DNA of 36,902 nucleotides from an uncultured Streptomyces sp. (lineage in GTDB: Bacteria > Pseudomonadota > Gammaproteobacteria > Burkholderiales > SG8-41): NCBI GenBank assembly GCA_964510405.1, contig CAZEAX010000002.1:1-36902 (forward strand), in the 5' to 3' direction. The notes below the pieces were generated by a model that did no database searches, was not told where the DNA came from, and saw only the letters and a program-made list of their open reading frames with translations. The translations under genes were made by a program, and so were the position numbers. Shown here piece by piece: positions 23,519 through 32,909 of the stretch. The number at the start of each line of letters is the position of its first letter. The first letter of the stretch is position 1.

Positions 23519-24841
23519 CTATTTTTCTTCGAGGCGATATTCGACGAACGCCTTGTCGCGCAGCTGGCGTAACCACTCCTGGTAAGCCTCGTCGGCCTTT
23601 TGCGCGCGCAGCGATATGCGCGCCTGCAAACGCTGCTGCTGCTTGGACATGTCTTCATTGCGGCGTTCCAGCACCTGGATCAGATGCCAGCCGAACGGCG
23701 AGCGCACGGGACCGCTGATTTCCCCGACCTTCAAAGCATCCATTGCTTTTTCAAATTCGGGTACGGTGTCCCCGGGCGACAACCAGCCGAGATCGCCGCC
23801 GCGTGACGCGCTGCCATCCTCGGACTGCAGGCGTGCGAGTTCCGCAAAGTCCGCGTTATTGTCGAGCCGTTCCTTCAACTTGAGCAGGCGGTCGCGCGCA
23901 TCGTTTTCCGATACGACCTCGCTGGTCTTGATCAGGATGTGGCGCGGGTGGGTTTGCGACACGATGACCGGTGCATCCTGGCCGCGGCGGCCGTTCAGGC
24001 GCACGATATGCAGGCCGTTGGGGCTGCGCAGGATGGGACTCACGTCGCCCGGTTTCATGGTTTTGACGGCTTCAGCGAAAATGGCGGGCAGACGCGTGAG
24101 CTCGCGCCATCCCATCGCCCCGCCCTGGACCGCGTCGGGCGCCTCGGAAAAGCTGGCCGCGACCTGCCTGAAGTCGGCACCGCCGTTGATTTGCGCTAAT
24201 GCCTTGTCGGCGCGGGCACGACGATCGCGTAGTTGTTCAGGGCTCACCTGCTCGGGTACCCGGATCAGGATGTGCGACAAGTCGAATTCCTCGGTCTTGC
24301 CGTCCTGCAACTGGAGCGTATTGAGCAAATTGTCGACTTCGCTGTCGGCGACGGTGATTTTGTTGTCGACCTCGCGTTCGCGCAGCCGCGACATCACGAT
24401 CTCGTCGCGAATGTCTTCGCGGAATTTGACGAAACTGACGCCGTCCTTTTCCAGCGTGGTGCGCAACTGCGCGGGCGAGATCTTGTTATTTTCGGCAATC
24501 CGTCCGATTGCGCTGTCGAGCTGGCCATCGTCGACCCGCAAGCCGGTTTCCTTGGCAAACTGAAGCTGCACTTTGGTATAGATCATGCGATCGAGCACCT
24601 GCTTCTCGAGCACATCGGTAGGCGGCGCCGGCGTGCCTTGCTCTTTTAACTGTATCGCCACGACTTTCATGCGGTCGTCCAGATCGCGGCGCGTGATCAC
24701 GTCCTCGTTCACGACTGCGATGATGCGGTCGAGCAGCACGACCCGCCCGCCGGGCACCGCCTGTGCGGCAGCGGCGTAGCCGCCCGTCAACGAGAGCATG
24801 GCGGCCGCTATCGCCGCGCCTAAAACCTTGAAGTAATCCAT
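23519..24841 (-). CDS. surA: periplasmic chaperone / peptidyl-prolyl isomerase SurA
   Basis: 440 aa with a signal peptide, an N-terminal chaperone domain and two parvulin-type domains (e.g. GGDLGWLSPGDTVPEFEKA, SPFGWHLIQV). It lies between lptD and pdxA. Confidence 0.93.
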   Translation of the reverse strand: MDYFKVLGAAIAAAMLSLTGGYAAAAQAVPGGRVVLLDRIIAVVNEDVITRRDLDDRMKVVAIQLKEQGTPAPPTDVLEKQVLDRMIYTKVQLQFAKETGLRVDDGQLDSAIGRIAENNKISPAQLRTTLEKDGVSFVKFREDIRDEIVMSRLREREVDNKITVADSEVDNLLNTLQLQDGKTEEFDLSHILIRVPEQVSPEQLRDRRARADKALAQINGGADFRQVAASFSEAPDAVQGGAMGWRELTRLPAIFAEAVKTMKPGDVSPILRSPNGLHIVRLNGRRGQDAPVIVSQTHPRHILIKTSEVVSENDARDRLLKLKERLDNNADFAELARLQSEDGSASRGGDLGWLSPGDTVPEFEKAMDALKVGEISGPVRSPFGWHLIQVLERRNEDMSKQQQRLQARISLRAQKADEAYQEWLRQLRDKAFVEYRLEEK

Positions 24842-24861
24842 ATGAGACCTGCTCCAAAAGC

Positions 24862-27204
24862 CTAGCGCAGCGGAAAAACGGTGTCGTCGGTGCGCACCGC
24901 CTGGGCGGTTCCGCGATAGTAACCGGCGATATTTCGCCGCAGGAGTTCCAGCGGGTTAGAGCCGAGTTTGGAGACGCCGTTCAATTCGAGCTGCATAAAA
25001 AACGAATTGACCGAAGTTGTCGCAGTGGTCGCGAAACTGTGGGCGACGACGCGAAACGCCCAGCATCCGCCGTCGTATTCGAACCCGCCCAACCCTTCGA
25101 GCAGCCGGCTGTCGGCAATCGAATAATTCATGCGGGCGATCGCGCTTAGATGGCGAGTCAGCGGCCATTGGGTTGAGATATCGGCCTGGCGCAGCGTGTT
25201 CGACGGGTTGCCCGGGCTCGCGACCGTGGTCGTGCCGGTGGACGAAACCAGTGTCCCGTTCGTGTAGCGATAAGCAACGTTGACCACTTTGCCGGGCTGA
25301 GGTTCATAGCGCACGCCCGCATTGAGCCTTTGCGTTTGCGACAAATCCGTCGTGTACTGCCAGCCCACGTCGGCAGTCCAGTTCTGGACGACGGTTCCGC
25401 TCAAGGCCGCCAAAAGATCGGAGTTGTTGCTGCCGCGTGCCGTAGTTCCCGGCAACGTGACTTCCTGGGTCTTGAAATAAAAACGTTGCGCGAGCCCCAC
25501 GCGCAGACGCTCGACCCCATTGGTTTGCAACAGGCGCGAGGTTACGCCCGTGGTGATTTGATTGGCGTCGTTGATGCGGTCGCTGCCGCTGAACTGGTTT
25601 TCCGTGTACAGGGTTGCGAAATTCGTGTTCTGCAGCGCGGAGTCGAACACCGGCAGCTGATTCTGGTTGCGCGTCGGAATGTAGACATAAAATATTTTAG
25701 GCTCGACCGTCTGCAGCATGCCTTGCCCCGCCAGCGTCATGTCGCGCTCGAACACGACGCCGCTTTCCGTCGAAAAAATCGGCAGCAGGCGATTCTGGTC
25801 GCCGAGCGGTGTATTGGTCTGGTCGAAATTATAGTGGGTCATGTGCATGCCCACTTTGGGCGTGACATAAGCGAACGACGTTTGCAGGGGCAGGCTGACG
25901 GTCGGATAAGCAACGGTCCGCGCGCCGTTGATCAACGTAGGGTGGGTGAACTGGGCGACGTTGCCGGTGAAGGCGGTATCCACGATGCCGGCAATCGGTT
26001 TGGTCGCGCTTAAATTGGCTTGCGCGGTGCTGTAAGGCACGGTGACCGGATTTAACGGATCGGATTGTAGCGTCTGCCATCGCTGCAAACTCGTCGAGAA
26101 ACCCCAGCTGCCGTCGCTGCCCAGCGTGCCGCCTTTCGACAGCGAACCGGTGCGTGGCAACAGGACCTGCGATGTCGCCGTGATTTGTGTCGACAGGTCG
26201 GTGAAATAGTTGTTGTCGGAAACCTTCTGGACGTTCAGCGCGCCAACCCAGCCGTTGCTGAAGATCTGGTTGTGCACGAGCGACAATGCGCTGCGCGTGT
26301 CGCCCTGTCTGACCCGGTCGTCCGGCAGGATCTCGTAACGGATCTCGCCGCGGTACTGCGGTTCGAGGTAGCGAAATTCGTTCGACAGTTGAACGCCGCG
26401 CTTGGACATCACGCGCGGGGTGATCGTGGCGTCGCGGTTGGGTGCGATGTTCCAGTAATACGGGATCGAAAATTCGGCGCCCGAATTGCCGGTCGTGCCG
26501 AAGGTCGGCGCGAGAAAGCCCGATTTGCGCTGGCGATCCAGGGAAAAATTCAGGTAGGGCGTGTACAAGATGGGCGCGCCGAGAAACTCGACGCTGTCGC
26601 CGTGCGCAGTGCCGATCTGGCGTTCTTTGTCTATTTCGAAATCTTTGGCGCGCACGAACCAGTCGTTGTTGCCGACTTCGCACGTCGTGTAATTGCCCTT
26701 CAACATGCGGTATTTGTTTTCGCCTTCGAATACCAGTCGCTCGCCCTCGCCGCGACCCTTAGTCGCATTGACCTGGACCCGGTATTTGGGCTGTTCCATT
26801 GCGCCGCGCTCGGTGTCGAGGTTGAAGTTGAGTTCCGTCCCGTCTATCGTGTCACCGCGCTGTTCGATCCGCACGTTGCCGCGCGCGTGAATTTCGGCCG
26901 CGGGTTTGTCGTAGCGCAGCCAATCCGCATAGACCGCCTTACCGCGCTTTCTCAGGCGCACGGCCCCTTCCGCTTCGATTTCCTGCTCGTGGTGCCCCTG
27001 GATGCTGTCGGCATCGACAAACAACGGTACGGTGTCCTTGTTCGTCGGCGGAATGCGAATAAAGGAAGACTGCAGCTTCAATTGCAGGCCGCTGGCGTCG
27101 GGCTTCAATCCGAGCGCGCTGTCGTCTGCCGCCGCGGCGCAACCGCATGCGCACAGCAAAAAGAAAACGCCCGGTCTAACGCAAAAAATCCGCATTATCA
27201 ACAT
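24862..27204 (-). CDS. lptD: LPS-assembly outer-membrane protein LptD
   Basis: The real start is MLIMRIFCVRPGVFFLLCACGCAAAADD (a signal peptide) at 27204, giving 780 aa. It has an OstA N-domain and a large C-terminal beta-barrel. The track ORF (918 aa, from 27618) is an upstream over-extension running antisense into amgK. Confidence 0.9.
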   Translation of the reverse strand: MLIMRIFCVRPGVFFLLCACGCAAAADDSALGLKPDASGLQLKLQSSFIRIPPTNKDTVPLFVDADSIQGHHEQEIEAEGAVRLRKRGKAVYADWLRYDKPAAEIHARGNVRIEQRGDTIDGTELNFNLDTERGAMEQPKYRVQVNATKGRGEGERLVFEGENKYRMLKGNYTTCEVGNNDWFVRAKDFEIDKERQIGTAHGDSVEFLGAPILYTPYLNFSLDRQRKSGFLAPTFGTTGNSGAEFSIPYYWNIAPNRDATITPRVMSKRGVQLSNEFRYLEPQYRGEIRYEILPDDRVRQGDTRSALSLVHNQIFSNGWVGALNVQKVSDNNYFTDLSTQITATSQVLLPRTGSLSKGGTLGSDGSWGFSTSLQRWQTLQSDPLNPVTVPYSTAQANLSATKPIAGIVDTAFTGNVAQFTHPTLINGARTVAYPTVSLPLQTSFAYVTPKVGMHMTHYNFDQTNTPLGDQNRLLPIFSTESGVVFERDMTLAGQGMLQTVEPKIFYVYIPTRNQNQLPVFDSALQNTNFATLYTENQFSGSDRINDANQITTGVTSRLLQTNGVERLRVGLAQRFYFKTQEVTLPGTTARGSNNSDLLAALSGTVVQNWTADVGWQYTTDLSQTQRLNAGVRYEPQPGKVVNVAYRYTNGTLVSSTGTTTVASPGNPSNTLRQADISTQWPLTRHLSAIARMNYSIADSRLLEGLGGFEYDGGCWAFRVVAHSFATTATTSVNSFFMQLELNGVSKLGSNPLELLRRNIAGYYRGTAQAVRTDDTVFPLR

Positions 27205-27249
27205 CGTGGGTGGGGAGTGATAAAATCGCACACTTTCCCGAATTAGGCA

Positions 27250-28254
27250 ATGCGCGGCGTGGACCGACAAAGTGAGCTGAAGCGCTGGATCGAAAGTCGG
27301 TTGAACGTTTCTCCGCTCGAACTTGAGCCTGCCTCCGCAGACGCGAGTTTTCGGCGTTATTTTCGTGTGCGCACGCCGGGCGAGTCTTTGATCGTGATGG
27401 ATGCGCCACCCGCGCACGAGGATTGCCGTCCGTTCGTGCGAATCGCGCGCCTGATGGCGGATGCCGGATTGAACGTGCCGCGCGTGATCGCAGAGGATAT
27501 CGAGCGCGGATTTCTGCTGCTCTCGGATCTGGGCACCGCGGGTTATCTGCAGGCGCTCAACGCCGATACGGCGAACCACCTGTTTCGCGATGCCATCGAT
27601 GCATTGTTGCGGTGGCAACTGGCGAGCAAACCCGGCGTCTTGCCGCCTTATGACGAAGCACTTTTGACGCGCGAGCTACAGTTGTTTCCCGATTGGTATG
27701 CCGGCCGCCATCGCGGGCTTATGCTCGACGCCGGGCAAAGCGCGGCACTCGCGTCGGTATTCGCGCTGATTTTAAAAAATAATCTCGCGCAACCGACGGT
27801 CTACGTTCATCGCGACTACATGCCGCGCAATCTGATGGTGTGCGAGCCGAATCCGGGCGTGCTTGATTTTCAGGACGCCGTATACGGGCCCATCACCTAC
27901 GATATCGCGTCGCTGTTTAAAGACGCGTTCGTGAGCTGGGAAGAAGAGCGTGTGCTCGACTGGACAGTGCGCTACTGGGAGAAAGCCAGGCGCGCCGGCC
28001 TGCCGGTCGCCGCCGATTTCGGCGAGTTCTACCGCGATTTCGAGTGGATGGGACTGCAGCGTCATCTCAAGGTGCTCGGCATTTTCGCCCGGCTCAATTA
28101 CCGGGACGGCAAAAGCACCTATCTTGAAGACACGCCGAGGTTTGTCGGCTACGTACGCGCCGTCGCGGTGCGTTACGCCGCGCTGAAACCGCTCCTGACG
28201 GTGCTGGACGAAATAGAAAGCCGGCCGCCCGCGCGCGTCGGCTATTCTTTTTGA
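27250..28254 (+). CDS. amgK: aminoglycoside-phosphotransferase-fold kinase, AmgK-like anomeric MurNAc/GlcNAc kinase
   Basis: 334 aa with kinase motifs HRDYMPRNLM and LDFQDA. It is divergent from lptD and directly upstream of a MurU-like nucleotidyltransferase, the arrangement described in Pseudomonas. Confidence 0.75.
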   Translation: MRGVDRQSELKRWIESRLNVSPLELEPASADASFRRYFRVRTPGESLIVMDAPPAHEDCRPFVRIARLMADAGLNVPRVIAEDIERGFLLLSDLGTAGYLQALNADTANHLFRDAIDALLRWQLASKPGVLPPYDEALLTRELQLFPDWYAGRHRGLMLDAGQSAALASVFALILKNNLAQPTVYVHRDYMPRNLMVCEPNPGVLDFQDAVYGPITYDIASLFKDAFVSWEEERVLDWTVRYWEKARRAGLPVAADFGEFYRDFEWMGLQRHLKVLGIFARLNYRDGKSTYLEDTPRFVGYVRAVAVRYAALKPLLTVLDEIESRPPARVGYSF

Positions 28255-28324
28255 ATGCGGGCGAGTTCGCGGCAGCGTTCAATAGCAATTCATAATTTAC
28301 GATGCGCCGGCCGCCAGGCATGAA

Positions 28325-29005
28325 ATGAAAGCGATGATTCTCGCGGCCGGTCGCGGCGAACGCATGCGTCCGCTGACGGACACGCGGCCCAAGGCGCTGC
28401 TCACGGTCGGCGGCAAGCCGCTGATCGAGTGGCATATCGAAAAGCTCGCCGGCGCGGGATTCTCTGAAATCGTGATCAATCATGCGCATCTCGGCGCGCT
28501 GATCGAAACCGATCTCGGCAATGGCGAACGCTATGGCGTCGATATCATGTACTCGCCGGAATCCGAGGCGCTCGAAACCGCGGGCGGCATCGCACGCGCG
28601 CTGCATCTTCTGGGAGACGCGCCGTTCGCAGTGGTCAACGCCGACGTATTCAGCGAGTTCGATTACCGGCGCCTGGCGGATGCCGTCGACAGTATTGCGC
28701 ACCACGACGTGCTGGCTCATTTGGTGCTGGTTGCCAATCCCGAGCACCACATTGCGGGCGATTTCGCGCTGCACGGGGGCCGCGTCGCACTCGAAGGTAC
28801 GCGGCTGACTTTCAGCGGCATCGCCGCCTATAGGGCCGAAATGTTTGCCGCGATCGCGCCCGGCAGCAAGGCAAAACTCGCGCCGCTGTTGCGCGAGCAC
28901 ATCGCGGCGCAGCGCGTAAGCGGCGAAATGTATACGGGGCGCTGGCGCGACATCGGCACTCCCGCGCGCCTCGCGTTGCTCGACCAGGAGCTTGCGGTGC
29001 GTTAG
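28325..29005 (+). CDS. murU: sugar-1-phosphate nucleotidyltransferase, MurU-like (MurNAc-alpha-1-P uridylyltransferase)
   Basis: 226 aa with N-terminal MILAAGRGERMRPLTDTRPKALL (the nucleotidyltransferase G-x-G-x-R loop). It is paired with the amgK-like kinase. Confidence 0.75.
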   Translation: MKAMILAAGRGERMRPLTDTRPKALLTVGGKPLIEWHIEKLAGAGFSEIVINHAHLGALIETDLGNGERYGVDIMYSPESEALETAGGIARALHLLGDAPFAVVNADVFSEFDYRRLADAVDSIAHHDVLAHLVLVANPEHHIAGDFALHGGRVALEGTRLTFSGIAAYRAEMFAAIAPGSKAKLAPLLREHIAAQRVSGEMYTGRWRDIGTPARLALLDQELAVR

Positions 29006-29040
29006 CCGTAGTAGCGGCACGCGCGGCGTATAATTCTTGC

Positions 29041-30363
29041 ATGGCACAACCCCCAACTGTCGCGCCGGTTACCCGGATCTATGCGGAACGGCGCGCGCGT
29101 CTCGCCCAGCGCATGCGGCAGGGCATCGCGATCATTCCAACCGCGCCGGAGCGCACACGCAACCGCGATTCGCATTTTCCGTACCGGTTCGACAGTTATT
29201 TTTATTACCTTACCGGCTTCATCGAGCCTGAATCCGTGCTCGTGGTCATTGCCGGGGCCGAGCCCCGCAGCATTTTGTTTTGCCGCGACAAGGACAAGGA
29301 GCGCGAAATCTGGGACGGTTTTCGCTACGGGCCGGACGACGCGCGCGTCGTGTTCGGCTTCGACGAATGCCACAAGATCACCGAGCTCGATGCGCAAATG
29401 CCCGCACTGCTCGCCAACCAGGCGCAGGTTTGCTGCCATCTGGGCAGCGACGAGCCGTGGGACGCGCGCGTATTGGAATGGCTTAATCAGGTCCGCGCGC
29501 AAGTGCGTAACGGCGTTGCCGCACCGGCCGCCATTACCGACGTGCGCACGTTGCTCGACGAGATGCGGCTCGTAAAGGATGCGCACGAACTCGCGACCAT
29601 GCGCCGCGCCGCACAGATATCGTCCGCCGCCCATCAGCGCGCGATGCGCGCGACGGCCCCCGGCAGGGCGGAATACGAAATCGAAGCCGAGTTGCTGCAT
29701 GAATTCCGTCACGGCGGCGCGCAAGCGCCGGCCTACACGTCGATCGTTGCCGGCGGCGCGAATGCGTGCGTCCTGCATTACGTGCAGAACGATGCGGTAC
29801 TGAAGGCCGGCGATCTGTTGCTGATCGACGCCGGCTGTGAACTGGATGGTTACGCGTCCGATATCACGCGCACGTTTCCCGTCAGCGGCAAGTTTGGCGC
29901 GGCGCAACGCGATATTTATGAACTGGTGCTCGCGGCGCAGGCCGCAGCTATGAGCGAAGTCGCGCCGGGGGCAAAATGGAACCAGCCGCATGACGCCGCC
30001 GTGCGAGTGCTCGCCCGCGGCCTGATCGACTTCGGTTTGTGCCAAGGCAGTGTTGATAAGGTGATCGAAGCCGGCGATTACCGGAAATTCTACATGCATA
30101 GAACCGGCCACTGGCTTGGGCTGGACGTGCACGACGCCGGCGAATACAAGCGCGACGGCGGGTGGCGCAAGCTGGAGCCCGGCATGGTGCTCACCGTGGA
30201 GCCCGGCTGCTATATACAAGCGGGCGAGGGTATCCCTGCGCATTACGCGGACATCGGCGTGCGCATCGAGGATGACGTGGTGGTCACAGCGACCGGCTGC
30301 GAAGTGCTGACTCAAGCGGCACCCAAAACAGTCGCCGCCATCGAAGCGCTGATGCGTGGCTGA
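29041..30363 (+). CDS. pepP: Xaa-Pro aminopeptidase (aminopeptidase P)
   Basis: 440 aa with M24B metal ligands (DAGCELDGYASDITRTF, HRTGHWLGLDVHD, VEPG, IEDDV). It is followed by ubiH, as in E. coli. Confidence 0.93.
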   Translation: MAQPPTVAPVTRIYAERRARLAQRMRQGIAIIPTAPERTRNRDSHFPYRFDSYFYYLTGFIEPESVLVVIAGAEPRSILFCRDKDKEREIWDGFRYGPDDARVVFGFDECHKITELDAQMPALLANQAQVCCHLGSDEPWDARVLEWLNQVRAQVRNGVAAPAAITDVRTLLDEMRLVKDAHELATMRRAAQISSAAHQRAMRATAPGRAEYEIEAELLHEFRHGGAQAPAYTSIVAGGANACVLHYVQNDAVLKAGDLLLIDAGCELDGYASDITRTFPVSGKFGAAQRDIYELVLAAQAAAMSEVAPGAKWNQPHDAAVRVLARGLIDFGLCQGSVDKVIEAGDYRKFYMHRTGHWLGLDVHDAGEYKRDGGWRKLEPGMVLTVEPGCYIQAGEGIPAHYADIGVRIEDDVVVTATGCEVLTQAAPKTVAAIEALMRG

Positions 30364-31504
30364 ACCCTATGCAATAGTCATCGCCGGCGGCGGCCCGGTC
30401 GGCGCAGCACTCGCGCTCGGTCTCAAAGCGAGCGGCCACCGCGTGGCGTTGCTGGAAGCGCGCGAGTTCGATGCAGTGAGCACCGATGCGCGCATGATTG
30501 CGCTGTCGCACGGCAGCCGGTTGATACTCGAACGGCTCGGCGCCTGGCAGGCGCTGCCGGAGGTCACGCCGATCCGCGACATAGTCGTATCGCAACAGCG
30601 GCACTTCGGCCGCGTGGAATTAAGCGCGCAGGAAGCGGGCGTGCCCGCGCTGGGCTATGTCGCGAGCTACTCCGCATTGCAACGCGCGCTCATGAGCGCC
30701 CTCGCGGATAGCTCAGTCGATGTCCTGACGGGTTGCGTGGCGCGCGATTTCGAGGGCCGTGCCGACGGCGCCGCACTCGATGTTGATTGCGCCGGCGTGG
30801 CGCGCAAGATCGATGCCCGCCTGGTTGTCCTCGCCGATGGCGCCGATGGCATGCGCCTGGCGCAAGTCGAAGAGCGCGACTACCGGCAGTCGGCACTGGT
30901 CTGTGACGTTACCAGCGAACTGCCGCACCACAATCGGGCTTTTGAACGCTTCACGCCCGACGGTCCGCTTGCACTTTTGCCGACCGCCCGCGGTTGGTCG
31001 CTGGTATGGACCGTGCGCCCCGGTCGCGCCGCTGCGCTCGCCGCGCTTGATCAATCCCAGTTTTGCGCCGAATTGCGTGCCGCATTTGGCGCCGCGCTCG
31101 GTGCGCTCAACCTTACCGGCGCACGCCAGGTGTTTCCGCTCAAACTTAAGTATGCACGGCGGCCCGTCGCGCCGCGCGTGGTACTGGTCGGCAACGCGGC
31201 ACAATCCTTGCATCCGGTAGCGGGTCAGGGTTTCAATCTCGGCTTGCGCGATGCGTGGGAGCTGGCCACGATCGTGCGCGATGTGAGCGACCCCGGAGAT
31301 TCGGCGACTATTAATGCGTATTTCGCAGAACGACGTTTTGATCGAACCGCGACCATTTTATTCACTGACACACTGATCCGGTTGTTTTCCAACGACATCC
31401 CGTTGCTCGACCGCTTGTGCGGTGCCGGTTTGACCGTGTTGGGCAGCGTTCCGCCCGCAAAAAACTTCCTGGTACGGCGCATGATGTTTGGTGCGCGCGG
31501 CTGA
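30356..31504 (+). CDS. ubiH: FAD-dependent ubiquinone-biosynthesis hydroxylase (UbiH/UbiI family)
   Basis: 382 aa with Rossmann motif IAGGGPVGAALAL and GNAAQSLHPVAGQGFNLGLRD. The GTG start overlaps the pepP stop by 8 nt. Assignment to a specific paralogue within the UbiH/UbiI/UbiF family is tentative. Confidence 0.8.
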   Translation: MAEPYAIVIAGGGPVGAALALGLKASGHRVALLEAREFDAVSTDARMIALSHGSRLILERLGAWQALPEVTPIRDIVVSQQRHFGRVELSAQEAGVPALGYVASYSALQRALMSALADSSVDVLTGCVARDFEGRADGAALDVDCAGVARKIDARLVVLADGADGMRLAQVEERDYRQSALVCDVTSELPHHNRAFERFTPDGPLALLPTARGWSLVWTVRPGRAAALAALDQSQFCAELRAAFGAALGALNLTGARQVFPLKLKYARRPVAPRVVLVGNAAQSLHPVAGQGFNLGLRDAWELATIVRDVSDPGDSATINAYFAERRFDRTATILFTDTLIRLFSNDIPLLDRLCGAGLTVLGSVPPAKNFLVRRMMFGARG

Positions 31505-31602
31505 CCAAAAAAAATCCGCACGCGCCGCTTTTCTTGCCACCTCGACGCGATTACAATTACGCCCTTTCCCCGAATTTCTGCAGCCAAAATAATTCGCCAT
31601 TT

Positions 31603-32610
31603 ATGCGCGTCGGTCCCTATCAACTGAAGAACAATCTGGTGGTCGCGCCGATGGCCGGCGTGACCGACCGGCCGTTCCGCCAGTTGTGCAAGCGGATGGG
31701 TGCGGGCATGGCGGTGTCCGAAATGGTCGCGAGCAATTCGCTGTTGTGGGGCAGCGAGAAAACGCGCCGCCGCGCCAATCATGAAGGCGAAGTCGATCCG
31801 ATCTCGGTGCAGATCGCCGGCGCCGATCCCGCCATGATGGCCGAGGCCGCGCAGTACAACGTCGATCAGGGCGCGCAGATCATCGACATCAACATGGGCT
31901 GCCCGGCGAAGAAAGTCTGCAACGTGATGGCGGGCTCCGCGCTCCTGCAGAACGAGCCGCTCGTCAAGCGTATCGTCGAGGCCGTCGTGCGCGCCGTGAA
32001 CGTTCCGGTCACGTTGAAGATCCGCACCGGCTGGGATCGCGGCAATCGCAATGCGGTTGCAGTCGCCCGACTCGCCGAAAGCGCCGGCATCCAGTTGCTC
32101 GCGGTGCACGGGCGTACGCGCGCCTGCGGCTATACCGGGGACGCCGAGTACGACACGATCGCCGCGGTCAAATCTGCGGTCAAAATCCCGGTGGTCGCCA
32201 ACGGCGATATTACGACGCCCGAAAAAGCCCGCCACGTGCTTGAGTACACGTGCGCCGATGCGGTCATGATCGGCCGGGCCGCGCAGGGGCGGCCGTGGAT
32301 ATTCCGCGAAATCGCGCACTATCTGGATACCGGCACGCATCTGCCGCCGCCCGAGGTCGCGGAAATCCATCGCGTGCTGGTCGCCCATCTGCACGATCTT
32401 TATGCGTTCTACGGCGACTACACCGGCGTGCGTATGGCGCGCAAGCATATCTCGTGGTACACGAAGGGGCTGGCAGGCTCGGCGGCATTCCGTCACGCGA
32501 TGAATCAATTGCAGACCTGCGCCGAACAGCTGGCGGCGGTCAATGAATTTTTCGGGGAGCTGGCAACGAGCAGCCAGCGGCTAATTTACGTTGAGGAACT
32601 CGCGGCATGA
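31603..32610 (+). CDS. dusB: tRNA-dihydrouridine synthase B
   Basis: MRVGPYQLKNNLVVAPMAGVTDRPFRQLC is the conserved DusB N-terminus. I trimmed the track ORF (31417) to the ATG at 31603. It is followed by fis with an ATGA overlap. Confidence 0.92.
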   Translation: MRVGPYQLKNNLVVAPMAGVTDRPFRQLCKRMGAGMAVSEMVASNSLLWGSEKTRRRANHEGEVDPISVQIAGADPAMMAEAAQYNVDQGAQIIDINMGCPAKKVCNVMAGSALLQNEPLVKRIVEAVVRAVNVPVTLKIRTGWDRGNRNAVAVARLAESAGIQLLAVHGRTRACGYTGDAEYDTIAAVKSAVKIPVVANGDITTPEKARHVLEYTCADAVMIGRAAQGRPWIFREIAHYLDTGTHLPPPEVAEIHRVLVAHLHDLYAFYGDYTGVRMARKHISWYTKGLAGSAAFRHAMNQLQTCAEQLAAVNEFFGELATSSQRLIYVEELAA

Positions 32611-32849
32611 TGATGAACGAGAATGAAATGGCCCGCTTCGTGCGCAAGGCGATCGACGGCTACTTCAAGGATCTGGACGGGGAGAAGGCGCGCGGCGTTT
32701 ACGACATGGTCATCAACAGTGTCGAAAAGCCGCTGCTCGAATCGGTGCTGCACAAGTTGCGCGGCAACCAGTCGCACGCGGCGCAGGTGCTGGGCATCAA
32801 CCGCAATACGCTGCGCAAGAAAATGAAAGCCCACGGGATCAAAGGCTAG
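32607..32849 (+). CDS. fis: Fis-family DNA-binding nucleoid protein
   Basis: 80 aa with C-terminal HTH GNQSHAAQVLGINRNTLRKKM. The dusB-fis operon architecture is conserved. Confidence 0.9.
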   Translation: MMMNENEMARFVRKAIDGYFKDLDGEKARGVYDMVINSVEKPLLESVLHKLRGNQSHAAQVLGINRNTLRKKMKAHGIKG

Positions 32850-32855
32850 GATGAA

Positions 32856-32909
32856 GATCGGGAATTGAGGATCGACGTTTCCCCGATCCGCGCCGCTCAA
32901 TTCCCAATC
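32856..32909 (+). repeat. long imperfect inverted repeat / RNA hairpin between fis and purH
   Basis: GGGAATTGAG (32860-32869) pairs perfectly with CTCAATTCCC (32896-32905). An inner stem GATCG/CGATC (32870-32874 with 32884-32888) closes a 9-nt loop. A 3-bp outer extension follows after one mismatch. No U-tract follows. Confidence 0.6.

Noticed and set aside
27205-27618. An upstream extension of the lptD ORF (the track gives 918 aa starting at 27618).
   Set aside because: The extension runs antisense through the amgK 5' region and has no signal peptide. The internal Met at 27204 is followed by a classic signal peptide and gives the expected ~780-aa LptD.
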